From the NCBI RefSeq assembly GCF_006345805.1, contig NC_043004.1:17298001-17362000 (forward strand): a DNA stretch of 64,000 bases, in the 5' to 3' direction. Numbering within the stretch: the stretch's first letter is position 1; every line of letters begins with the position of its first letter. Position numbers and translations under genes: made by a program. The stretch comes from Octopus sinensis (Eukaryota). Below, piece after piece: positions 24,421 through 36,529 of the stretch. The notes under the pieces were generated by a model. It was not told the origin of the DNA and searched no databases. It saw only the letters and a list, made by a program, of their open reading frames with translations.

Positions 24421-25120
24421 TATACAAATGTGGGAGGCGTCAGAACAGTGGAAAGATGACTGAAAGTTTTGACCTTTGGAAGCAGGTCAAGAAAAATAAC
24501 GAAACAAATCTGTCCAAAACCATACAGGTAAAAACTAAGTCGCTGGAGGCTTTCCCCTACAGTGAAATAACAATGGAAGAAATACATCTATCTATTTATT
24601 GATATGAAGACTACCAAAATGAAAGAAGTAATTGTAAAAGTCCAATTTCCTAACATTCTGCTTCGTGACATATTCTCTTTGTTTGAACATTTCCAATAAC
24701 CAACTAGCTAACAGCGAGATTTATTAAAACTAAGAAAATATATTTTATAATTGGCTTGTTCTGTACGTGTTCCACGACTGCAATGATATATATAGTGTCT
24801 AGACTTTATACTTTCCCTCGACTATCAACTCCTTCGTTACAGCATAAACAACCACACGGTGTTCTTGGATGCTTCGTTGAACATCATAACTTTTGAGTTT
24901 TACTGATTTCCACCCGGAGAAGTTATTGATTGTAGGTCAAGTTTGGTTGTCTGCAGAAATAATGAAATTGTTAATGATACAGTAACACCTGGAATCCAAA
25001 GAACCTGAACGATAATCAGCACTGGCAAATTTAGAAAAGTTACACAGAAAATATACATAGAAGAGTTACATAGCAGTGTATATGAAAAAGTACGTACGTG
25101 AGTGACATGGAAGAGTGTGT

Positions 25121-25509
25121 GTTTGTGGAGGCGCAATGGCCCAGTGGTTAGGGCAGCGAACTCGCGGTCATAGGATCGCGGTTTCGATTCCCAGACCGGG
25201 CGTTGTGAGTGTTTATTGAGCGAAAACACCTAAAAGCTCCACGAGGCTCCGGCAGGGGATGGTGGTGATCCCTGCTGTACTCTTTCACCACAACTTTCTC
25301 TCACTCTTACTTCCTGTTTCTGTTGTACCTGTATTTCAAAGGGCCGGCCTTGAACTCTCTGTGTCACGCTGAATATCCCCGAGAACTACGTTAAGGGTAC
25401 ACGTGTCTGTGGAGTGCTCAGCCACTTACACGTTAATTTCACGAGCAGGCTGTTCCGTTGATTCGGATCAACCGGAACCCTCGTCGTCGTAATCGACGGA
25501 GTGCTTCCA
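25121..25509 (+). mobile_element. Full-length SINE S3 with 12-bp target-site duplication
   Basis: A box tggcccagtgg, B box ggtttcgattcc; ggaagagtgtgt at 25109-25120 and 25510-25521. Confidence 0.9.
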
Positions 25510-25619
25510 GGAAGAGTGTGTAGAAAGTTTCCTTAACTTGGTGCAAGGAATGAAGAATCAAAAGTCTTGACAGTTGTTATTACCTTGTCGCAAGTTGGTG
25601 AATGACGGAAATAATGAAG

Positions 25620-25861
25620 TAAGGCGGTGAACTGGCAGAAACGTTAGCACACCGGGCGAAATGCTTTGCGGTATTTCGTCTGCCGCTACGTTCTGAGTTC
25701 AAATTCCGCCGAGGTCGACTTCGCCTTTCATCACTTCGGGGTCGATTAAATAAGTACCAGTTATGCACTGCTGTCGATATAATCGACTTAATCCATTTGT
25801 CTATCCTTGTTTGTCCTCCCTGTGTTTAGCTCCTTGTGGGTAGTAAAGAAATAGGTATTTC

Positions 25862-25862
<1 letters not shown>
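25620..25862 (+). mobile_element. SINE S2 copy
   Basis: aaggcggtgaactggcagaaacgttagcac head plus one unit. Confidence 0.9.
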
Positions 25863-25942
<80 letters not shown>

Positions 25943-26200
25943 CCTACCAATCTGTCTGTCTGCTTGTCTATCTACCTGTCTGTCTGTCTGTCTGTCTATC
26001 TCTCTGTCAGTCTATCTGTCTGTTGGTCTATCTATACATACATAAATACTTACATGCACACACTTACACAGACTCATACAGACACAGACAGATATACAGA
26101 CGCACACATGTTTCAAATGTACAAACAACAAAAGACAGAGACAATTGAGGGAACAACAAACAAGGTATATTAGTTTAATGGCCAGAAAAAAGGGAAAAGA

Positions 26201-26236
26201 CTTTGACGTTTCGAGCCTACGCTCTTCGACAGAAAA
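26201..26236 (-). ncRNA. Minimal hammerhead motif, family C (core CUGUCGA), in a Penelope-like terminal repeat
   Basis: uuuu-CUGUCGA-A-GAGC/guag/GCUC-GAA-ACGU-C-aaag. Confidence 0.7.
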
Positions 26237-26300
26237 AAAACGGAAAGAGAAAAACAAAACGTATCTGGATCAATATATATATATATATATATATATCAAA

Positions 26301-26790
26301 TACATCAAGTAGAGGACATTAGGAACGAGTGATAAATACGTAAACACAAGAGAGATAAGTACAGGATAGAATACCCCAAAATACACAAGAACAGGACATC
26401 ACCTACGATTGAAAAATGCGTAAAGACATAATGAGAGATAAGTGCGGGACAAAATACCGAAAGAAGTCTAACCTCTCCTCAGTTGTTGACTGTTAATTAT
26501 TCCCTATTTCGAGCTTTCAACGACAAGATAGGAAGCTTTCATAAAACAGCAGCATCCAGAAATTTTAAAAATATAAAATTTGTGGAAGGAATAATTAACA
26601 GTCGACAGCTGAGGAGGGGTTAGACTTCTTTTGCTATTTTGTCCCGTACTTGTCTCTCATTGTGTCTTTACGCATTTTCACTCATAGTTGATGTCCTGTT
26701 TTTACTGTATATTTTTGGTATTTTGTTCTGTACTTATCTCTCGTGTGTTTACGTTATTTCACTCGTTGGTAATGTTCTGTACTTGATGTA
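26301..26790. repeat. Inverted repeat, arms of about 200 bp, spacer of about 84 bp
   Basis: tacatcaagta...gactgttaattattcc mirrored by ggaataattaacagtc...tacttgatgta. Confidence 0.9.
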
Positions 26791-26827
26791 TTTTATATTT
26801 ATTTATTTGTAATCGAACGCCACTCAG

Positions 26828-26897
26828 CCAGTATCCGTTACCCGTGTTATCACCGGGCATTGGTGTGCAGGCTCACTATGCACGTAGAGTACTACAG
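26828..26897 (+). CDS. Candidate 70-nt exon, product unknown
   Basis: GC-richer island; cactcag| acceptor, ACAG|gtaaca donor; open frame QYPLPVLSPGIGVQAHYARRVLQ. Confidence 0.25.
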
Positions 26898-27421
26898 GTA
26901 ACAACAGGATAAACAAGAGTCTATCAGGAAACAAATGCAACTAATCAGAAAATAAAGAAAAAATCAGATTAATAAACACATAGATTAGACCACATTTATA
27001 GCTTGTTTTTTAATACAAAGCATGACATAATAAATAGGCAACGTAACAAATCTTACGGCCGTTTCTGCATCCGTTTCCAAACGCTGTCTATAAATCACTG
27101 CGAAAATAAAATTCTTCATCAAAGGACATTCGAATTAAGGCACGGAGTTTCATTAGAGTAAAAAACAAGAAGGAAAGAAGGAATAGGAAAGAAAACATGG
27201 CCTAGGAAAGAAGTCTAGAAGCCCAATATATTAAAAGCATAATATTTACCATCTTGGGGCTATAAGGTCCGTAGGTAAAAGAGTGAACTAGTAAATAGTC
27301 TAGGGAATACTAAAATTTATTTACGGGTAGTTTCAATTCAAGTGGTGGGGAGGTGTTTTAAAATTTAGGAAAAGAAGTTATAATAATACAAGGACACTTA
27401 CTAGCATGATTATCGAAGGGC

Positions 27422-27519
27422 AGTACCTATGCTAACGAAATAAACTAAAGTTAAAATGTAAGCAAATGCATTGTTTTGGATACATTTTAACTTGAATTTA
27501 TTTCGTTAGCATAGGTACT
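27422..27519. repeat. 98-bp hairpin (arms of about 38 bp)
   Basis: agtacctatgctaacgaaataaa..aagttaaaatgta / tacattttaactt..tttatttcgttagcataggtact. Confidence 0.85.
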
Positions 27520-27934
27520 ACACACGCTTACATACATACCCAAATTTTGGCGACTGTATATACATGCATACATGCGGGTGTATACTTATGCGGGGTCGAG
27601 TTTGTTTGGTTGGCAGCATTTCAAAAATTAAAGTTTATTGAAAATTTTAAAATTCGGCACAATGACATACTTTACCAAACTTGAATTGCTGGAGTTATTT
27701 CAACATTCCCCAGAAAAAAGTTTTTAAAAAATTATAGAGGTTTATAAAGTTTGATCATTTTTATCCAGTCAAGAAACAGGATATGGGAGCTCTCATTTTG
27801 TGCGTGACAGCACGTGTTGTGAACTGTAAACAAACCAAATTCTGCTCTACACAAGTCATATAATTTTTAATATTTTTTTGGTATTTTCAGAAAAATTTGG
27901 CGAATATGCATTCTACACATGGAAATTCATGCGA

Positions 27935-29150
27935 CTAGGCCTGCTAGTCTGTTTACCTTTCGGAATGATGAAATATGGTTGCGATAACGGACGTTAAATT
28001 GGTTTTCCGAGGCACCTATGTATGCATATTTTTGTTGCGGTGTGATGATTGTGCGCTTCTGTATTATGTTTTGTTTTTGGGGACACATTGGTTCATGTGT
28101 GGACATACAGTTTTCTTGCGGCATGTGCAGTTATTCGCACTATTTTTATTTTCGTATTTATCTGGTGACTTTTTTGTTTTCGTTTTTGTAAAGTTCTGTC
28201 TTATTTTCAGTGTCTAAGTCTTTCCTGATGTTGCATTCTTTTTTGTCGACTTTTTTGTTGATTCTTTTTTGAGTTTTTGTTTTAATCTTATTATAACTGT
28301 CGGTGACGCTAAGTTTTTGTGATTTTCGTTTTGTTTATTTTTGTTGCTAGTCACATATCCTGTGTTGTTTTGATCTGTATTTTCACCGTCTGCGGATATT
28401 GTTTGTATGTTCATTTTCCTATTGTTGTATTTATGTATGTAGTACTCCATTTTGTTAGCTGCTGCATACGATATTTTCACTGCCATGGTATTTATATATT
28501 TTAGAGAAGTACCTATTTAATGCTGCAAAGAATTGCCTACCTATCTTGGATGATATTTATAGTCCGAAAATTGAATTATACCATAGGACTTTTGAATTTT
28601 CGTATCTTTTGTTAGGTTCTCGCAGCGTATTTTGCGGGTTATCATTTTGTGTGCCTATTTTCCCATTGTTGTTATTCCTTTGTGATATTACTATTTTCCT
28701 CCCGCTCTTCTGTTGGCTCCTGTGTTTCTGTGTTTTTATTGCTATGTGTTTGTGGTTTCTTTTGTGTTTTGAGTGCATTCTATCTTATTTGTGTGTGTGT
28801 TAGTGTTATTTGTGGTTTCGTTAGGTGCGAACTCGATTTTTTCTTTATACCCGGCCCTAGCTAGTGCATCATTGTAGTATGGTGCATGTGTGTTGAATAT
28901 TTCCTCTGTGGTTGATAGTCGTGATAATCTGGTGGCTATGCTCCTAACTATTCCTTTGGTTATAGATGATAGATGGTTGGATTTAACATTTATGTATCAT
29001 AGACAATCATTCGGCTTGTGACGTGGTTCGTACAGACCTGTTTCTACGTTAAAGGTCGCATCTAAGAAGTTTACCTTACGGTAATTACAGTCTATGGTTT
29101 TGGAAAGGCCGGAATTTCTGAATAGCTTAAGGAAGTTTTCTATATTAATA
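27935..29150 (-). mobile_element. Penelope-like element 3' fragment (RT thumb plus GIY-YIG endonuclease), decayed
   Basis: KLFRNSGLSKTI..KVNFLDAT..Y.P.HKPN..YINVKSNH; KVLWYN; AVKISY; NII...KYAYIGASENQFNVRYRNHISSF. Confidence 0.9.
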
Positions 29151-29269
29151 CATATATTTATATACGCGTATACCTATACACTAATATATGTGGATATGTG
29201 CGTGTAGCTATGATTATATGCGTATATATGCGTACGTCTGCACAAGAATGTGTGGGTAAAAATATAAAG

Positions 29270-29276
29270 GTATACA

Positions 29277-29338
<62 letters not shown>

Positions 29339-29722
29339 GTGTGTGTGTGTGTGGTGTGTGTGTGTGTGTGGTGTGTGTGTGCAAGCCTGTGCATGTGTGT
29401 ACATATTTGTACCAGCTTATTAGACATGGGCATCTATCTATGTATCAAAGTGTACATGTCTAGATGCGCATGTGTATATGCATACATATGTATGCACATG
29501 GGTATGTGTATACATATTTACATATATGAAAGTGATCGTGTGAGAGTCAGCACGCAAGATTGGAGATAGAGATATGCATATGTGTAAATATATGTATGTG
29601 AGTTGGAGTGTATTTATACACATGCGCTTCGATATATGTATGTTCAAGTAAAAGTGGTAGGTCTATTTACCTATCTATGTGTATGAATGTGAGTATGTAT
29701 ATACATCCACAAACGCGAGAGG

Positions 29723-29761
<39 letters not shown>

Positions 29762-30000
29762 ACCACGCATCACCGCATCACATCACTTCACACACACTAG
29801 CATTGACCACTTTCCAGCACCCACACTACACACTATCATCTGCACACCCACCCATACACCATCACCCACACACCCACACATTACAGATGGACACATATGC
29901 ACACATCCACACTTCAAAGTCATTAGTCCCTACCTATACGTACACACTTACACACTCTCACATACACTCACGCAAACGCACATTCGTTTTGGGATCACCA
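29270..30000. repeat. (TA)n/(TG)n and CA-rich low-complexity sequence
   Basis: Directly visible. Confidence 0.85.
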
Positions 30001-30106
30001 GTACTTTATTATTTCCCCTTCTTCCCGGGTCTCCAACTGCATTTTCCCGACCTGTCGCCATGATCGATCGCTAAATCCACAAGTTTTATTCTATTTCATC
30101 GTGTTC

Positions 30107-30142
30107 CTTTCTGTTGAAGAGCGTAGGCTCGAAACTTAAAAG
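30107..30142 (+). ncRNA. Minimal hammerhead motif, family C (core CUGUUGA), in a Penelope-like terminal repeat (about 30060-30215)
   Basis: cttt-CTGTTGA-A-GAGC/gtag/GCTC-GAAAC-TTA-aaag; stem III palindrome broken in this copy. Confidence 0.65.
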
Positions 30143-30220
30143 ACTTTCTCACTTTCCCGAGCATCAAACTAATACACCTGTTGTTTATACACCTGTCTTC
30201 ATCTTTAGTTTTTCGGTAAA

Positions 30221-30273
<53 letters not shown>

Positions 30274-30557
30274 GAGTATATATATGTATATGTATGTATA
30301 TGTATGGATGTATATATATATATATATATGAAATTTACCGTTCATTGGTCATTGGTCAGATGCATATACACATACACAGACTCACACATACATTCTCACA
30401 CACAAACCTATTTATATGTGCTCATACGCGCACATACACGCTCTCACATATACATACATACCCATATTTTGGCAACTATATATACATCATACATGTTGGT
30501 GTATACTTGTGCATATACACATAAGTACATAGATCAACAAATATACTTAAACACTTT

Positions 30558-30601
<44 letters not shown>

Positions 30602-30603
30602 TA

Positions 30604-30642
<39 letters not shown>

Positions 30643-30676
30643 TATATATATGTATATGTATGAATGTATATATATA

Positions 30677-30764
<88 letters not shown>

Positions 30765-30767
<3 letters not shown>

Positions 30768-32005
30768 AAACAAGTCAAAAATAGAAAATGCTAAAATAAT
30801 TTTATAGTGAACATTTCAGTACCGGTTTCGGTCATTTTGAGACCTTTTCAACTGTAACGATTAAATAATTAAATTTAGAAAAATTAGAAGAAAAGTTTTT
30901 TTAAAAAGAATATTTCTATAGTAGTGTTCAGATTTAAGTGGCATTCTGCCTTTCTCTGACTCCCTTGTTTGCACTTGTGTGTCGGAGGTCGTTGTGAGTT
31001 CTTGGAAGGGTAGTAGAGGAAGAAGGCTGGTGGGGAAAGGGGGATGGGAGAATCTGGGAGTGCCCTGATGGTCGTATTTTGAATGGTCAGTGGCGGCTGG
31101 CAGTCTCAGTTCAATTCAGGAGAATATTTATATTGACAGGCTTGTTTATAGAATTAGCGTAGGTGTTATACTAAAAAACATTAGTGACAAAGTTAAGGGG
31201 TAGGGGGTGGAGAAGTAGTAGAAGAAGAAGAAGAAGAAGAAGAAGGAGAAGGAGAAGATGACGATGATGGTGGTGGTGGTGATGATTATGACGACGATGA
31301 TGATGATAATGATGATGATGAAGAAGAAGAAGAAGAAGAAGAAGGAGGAGAAGGAGAAGATGGTGGTGATGATGGTGGTGATGATGATGACGACGATGAT
31401 GATGATAATGATGATGATGAAGAAGAAGAGGAAGAAGAAGAAGAAGAAAAAACAGAGAAGGGGGAATATGAATGGGTGTAAGTATAGCTATGAAGGGGCT
31501 GATTAGTAATGGATTCTATGGAGTGTAATATTTGTGTGTGTATATATATATTTTTCTTTTATTCTAAAGTTGAGGTATATTAATTGTTTGTCGTAGACCC
31601 GTTTAGAAGTGGCTTGTATTTTGTAATAAAGAGATTTTCTTTACTTATTCGTTGTCTCGAGGTTGTATCGTCCCTAAATTGGTAGAGGGGGAAAATTCTG
31701 AAGTTTGGTGTTTTTTTGTTGGCGCAAGTATCTATGTGTTGGCTAAAAGCTATTTTTCTGTTTTGGGGAATTTTTATCTGGGATCTGTGCAGGGCCATTC
31801 GTTTACGCAAACCATTTTTGTTTGGCCTATGTACTGCTCTTGACACCCGGAGCAGGTTAGTGAGTATATTAGGTTCTCCGAAGCACATGTGAAGTTGCTT
31901 TTCACTGTAAACCGTTGTCCCTGCTTGAAGGAGAACTCTGATCCCTCAATTAGATAGTCGCATATCCCGCAATTGGGTCTTCCACATTTTTTTACTGTCG
32001 GCTTC
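30765..32005 (-). mobile_element. Penelope-like element 3' end: GIY-YIG domain (31545-32005) plus 3' terminal region
   Basis: SNFTCASENLIYSLTCSGCQEQYIGQTK (frameshift) LRKRMALHRSQIK...FRIFPLY...KENLFITKYKPLLN. Confidence 0.9.
30817..30854 (-). ncRNA. Minimal hammerhead motif, family D, with U3-A8 core (UUGAAAA)
   Basis: cag-UUGAAAA-GGUC/ucaaaau/GACC-GAA-ACCGGU(palindrome)-A-cug. Confidence 0.7.
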
Positions 32006-32011
32006 TGTATG

Positions 32012-32051
<40 letters not shown>

Positions 32052-32062
32052 ATATATATATA

Positions 32063-32105
<43 letters not shown>

Positions 32106-32115
32106 TATATATATG

Positions 32116-32179
<64 letters not shown>

Positions 32180-32419
32180 TATATATTTATAAAAGTGTTT
32201 AAGTATATTTGTTGATCGATGTACTTATGTGTGTACGCACAAGTATACACCAACATGTATGATGTATATATAGTTGCCAAAATATGGGTATGTATGTATA
32301 TGTGAGAGCGTGCATGTGCGCGTATGAGCACATATAAATAGGTTTGTGTGTGAGAATGTATGTGTGAGTCTGTGTATGTGTATATGCATCTGACAATGAA
32401 CACTAAAGGTTCAGAGTAG

Positions 32420-33152
32420 GAAATTTACATGTGCAGCCAGTCATGAAGAACAAACCTGAAATACAAACAAATAGCGTGGCACTTTGTGAAGTGCTTTCTA
32501 CTATAGCCTCGAACCGACCAAAGACTTGTGAGTGGATCTGATAGACGGAAACAGAAAAATAAAAAACACACACACACATACACACACACACACACTATCT
32601 TCCATAATAGTCTGACAAACGCGCTCTCACAGCTCGCACCAAGAAGATTTCAGCCACAACCAAATTCAAACTACTACGAACAGAGAGGATGGCCTTGAAG
32701 TTGAATATTTTAAACTAACGGAGACAACACTTGTATATCGTCAGAGGAAACACAACTAGATCCCATTGTGCAAGCAAACAGGTGCATAATCAAATAACAG
32801 TATTCTTGGGGAACTACGTTGTGTCGAAACAATTGTAGCGAATAATAAACAAATGTCCAAGCGTATTCCCTCTTCCTGATACCACTTCCTTCAATTTTAT
32901 ATTTACACACATCGAATGCCCAATTTTAGGGTTCGAAGTATATAATAATACTACCTATACTACTGGGTTATTCTGAAGGTGGACAAGCTCTATACTGTAC
33001 TCTAACACGTTCCAATAAGTTCTTTATTTGGGGATTAAGGCTACCATTGGTTTCATGCTAAGAAATGTAGGAAAATAGCCTAGTGTCTTAATAAATTTTC
33101 AAACCGATCACATTGAAGCGAACTCCTTTCTCCATCTATCTATCTATCTATC

Positions 33153-33202
<50 letters not shown>

Positions 33203-33231
33203 AATCTACATGTATATGTATTTATATATAT

Positions 33232-33303
<72 letters not shown>

Positions 33304-34525
33304 CATATCTATCTGTCTGTCTGTCTGTCTCCGTGTCTGCCTTTTAGCATGCTGAGCTCGATATGAATATTCACCGAGAATATTTCATTGGAAATGTTTG
33401 AAAAAGTTGCAGAGTTGAGGACATAAAATTAATATTCGCATTAATTATTAAAGTAATAATTAATTATTAATGTTGGTGGCAGTAGTATTTGGTGGTGTCA
33501 CTGCTTTTATTTCACATTACTTCGCTACATTACAATACTGTCTATAAATAATGCATTCGTTCATGTGCGTGGGCACACACATGTGTACGCGTACACATAC
33601 GCATGCACACAGGAACGCACATACACACACATACACAGATACGGGCACCTGAAAATCTGGCAACATCTGCAGAAGTACATAACTCTAAACACTCACACAT
33701 ACGTACACATCGTAAGTAAGAAGCTTGCTTCCCAACCACATGGTTCCGGGTTCAGTCCCACAGCGTGGCACTTTGTGAAGTGCTTTCTACTATAGCCTCG
33801 AACCGACCAAAGACTTGTGAGTGGATCTGATAGACGGAAACAGAAAAATAAAACACACACACACACACACACGATGTTGGTATGTTTTACGTCGCCCTAA
33901 CTAAGCAGTTCAGCAAAAGAAATCGTTAGAACAAGTACCAAGCTTTTATAAAACGTATTGAAATAAATTTGCTCGACTAAAATGTTTCAAGGCAGTGCTC
34001 CAGCATGACCACAGTTTAATGATTGAAGAAAAAAATGAATACAGGTGCAAGCGTGGCTGTGTAGGCGCATGCGTGGCTGTGTAGGCTCAGGCGTGGCTGT
34101 GTAGGCGCAGGCGTGGCTGCGTAAGCACAAACGTAGCTGTGTGGTATGAAACTTGGTTCCCAACCACATGGTTTCAGGTTCAGTCCCACTGCGTGGCACC
34201 TTGGGCAACTCTCCTCTACAATAGCCTCGGGCCGACCAAATCCTTGTGAGTGGATTTGGTAGACAAACACAGACACGCAAATATATATGTATATATATAT
34301 ATACATATATACCTTTGTGTGTCTGTGGTTGTCACCGCCACCAACACTTGACAACCGATGTTGGTGTGTTTATGTCCCGTAACTTAGCGGTTCGGCCAAA
34401 AAGAGCCGTTAGAATAAGTACTAGGCTTACAAAGAATAGGACCTGGGATCGATTTGTTCGACTGAAGGCGGTGCTCCAGCATGGCCGCTGTAAAAATGAC
34501 TGAAACAAGTTAAAGAATAAAAGAA
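32420..34525 (+). mobile_element. Cluster of three SINE S1 copies (about 32420-32590, 33700-34020 and 34040-34525)
   Basis: Shared gcgtggcac...ctactatagcctcg...gtgagtggat; the third copy has a head reiterated five times. Confidence 0.85.
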
Positions 34526-34659
34526 TATGATTACACACGTACACAACATACACTGGAACTTCTCATGGATTCTGCATTGCATTTAAACACGGATGTGCAT
34601 ACATGCCCCCATACCTACCCTATACACATGTCAATATTCTTACCTACCTACCTACCTAT

Positions 34660-34890
34660 TTAAAATTTTTTTTATTACCCACAAGGGGCTAAACATAGAG
34701 GGGACAAACAAGAACAGACATAGGTATTAAGTCGATTACATCGATCCCAGTGCGTAACTGGTACTTATTTAATCAACCCCGAAAGGATGAAAGGCAAAGT
34801 CGACCTCGGCGGAATTTGAACTCAGAACGTAGCGGCAGACGAGATACGGGTACGCATTTCGCCCGGCGTGCTAACGACTCTGCCAGCTCG
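34660..34890 (-). mobile_element. SINE S2 copy
   Basis: Reverse complement of the S2 head plus unit, ending ctgccagctcgc. Confidence 0.9.
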
Positions 34891-34899
34891 CTGCCTACC

Positions 34900-35620
34900 T
34901 ATCTACCTACCTACCTACCTACCTACCTACCTACCAACCTACCTACATAATACATACATACACTCATACATACATACATACATACATACATAAATAATAC
35001 ATAAATACATGCATACGTACACACACATACTTGCATACATGCATAACATATATATACACACATACTTACGTACATACATAAAACATACATACATACACGC
35101 ATACATACATACATACATACATACATACATACATACATACATACATACATACATACATACACATGCGTAATACATACGTACACACATACATAAATAATAC
35201 ATACATGCATGCATGCATACATACATACTTATACATAAATATACATGCATACATGCATAATATATACATACACACATACGTACATACATAAATAATACAT
35301 GCATACATACATACACACATATATACATACGTGCGTACACACATATACACATATATACACACATATATTCATACGTAAATACACACATATAATTACGTAC
35401 ACACACATATATGCATAATGCATACATACACACATGCATAATACATATGAACATAAATACATTCACGCACACACATACACACTTTCAAAAATCTTGCGCA
35501 CAGTTGCATATACACACATGCAGTCTATACAGTTTTTTGAAACACATCGCATTAAATATTCAAACACACACACAAAGACTCACATGCGCGCGCGCGCGCG
35601 CGCACACACACACACACACA
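34900..35620. repeat. Long (CATA)n/(CA)n compound microsatellite
   Basis: Directly visible. Confidence 0.95.
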
Positions 35621-36529
35621 AGCACATAGATACACACATTCATTCCCACTCACTCGAGTATCTAACATCTTCCGCACGGCTGGGTCACATTAATCATCAT
35701 CATCATTGTTCGACCGTGGTCGAGACGATTTAATTAAATTAACGATAGACAAAAACATGTGCCTTCTCGCACATAAACACATTATTCACACTTATACAAA
35801 CATACACAGACGCAAATATTGAAGTACTAAATGGCTCTCCCTCACTTGTCCTTCCCATTAATGCCATTGCTCAACCAATTCTGAACGATCATGTCAGGTC
35901 AGGTCTGTTGTATGCAGCATCGGATCCTACTACTGGTAAACTGTAAACCAGTACAACCTGTGTCAGTGGGGTAGAATGGGCTCCTTAGCCGTAGTGAAGG
36001 CAATCTATCTAGGGAGATAACCTTACAATAAATCACTCGGTCCGTAGCTTAGAAATACTGGGTTGACGTCTAGCGGGAACAGCTTTGCTTCATGGAGGAG
36101 GAAAGATCTTCTTTAGTACTTGGTTGTACAATGCTTTCCAATGTGTGTAGTAGTGGCGCGCGCACACATTATTAGCCATTTGAAAAGACTATGGAATTAG
36201 TCACATTAAGCTCGCACATACATACACAAACAAATGCTCTCTCTCACACACACAAATAAATACATACACAGACTTAAAAACACGCACACACGCACACAAG
36301 CACACCCAGGTACCTATTTAATATCTCACGTCCTTTAACGATCTAATAATATACCATTTCTACCTGCAGCGTGTTCTGAGAGAGCCAAAACTAAATTCCT
36401 GCCATGCCAAGGTTGCAGGGCGCTTACACACCGCAACACCGCTATTGCAGCTACAGTATTTTCGTTGTCGCTATCGCCATGATATCCTTCAAAGGTCCAC
36501 GAACACAACACTTCTCATTTTTAATAAAC

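Larger units (their letters stand above)
30340..32401. repeat. Inverted duplication of about 215 bp (30340-30560 vs 32188-32401) enclosing a Penelope-like element
   Basis: cagatgcatatacacatacacagactc...acttaaacactttta matches in reverse complement with few mismatches. Confidence 0.9.
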
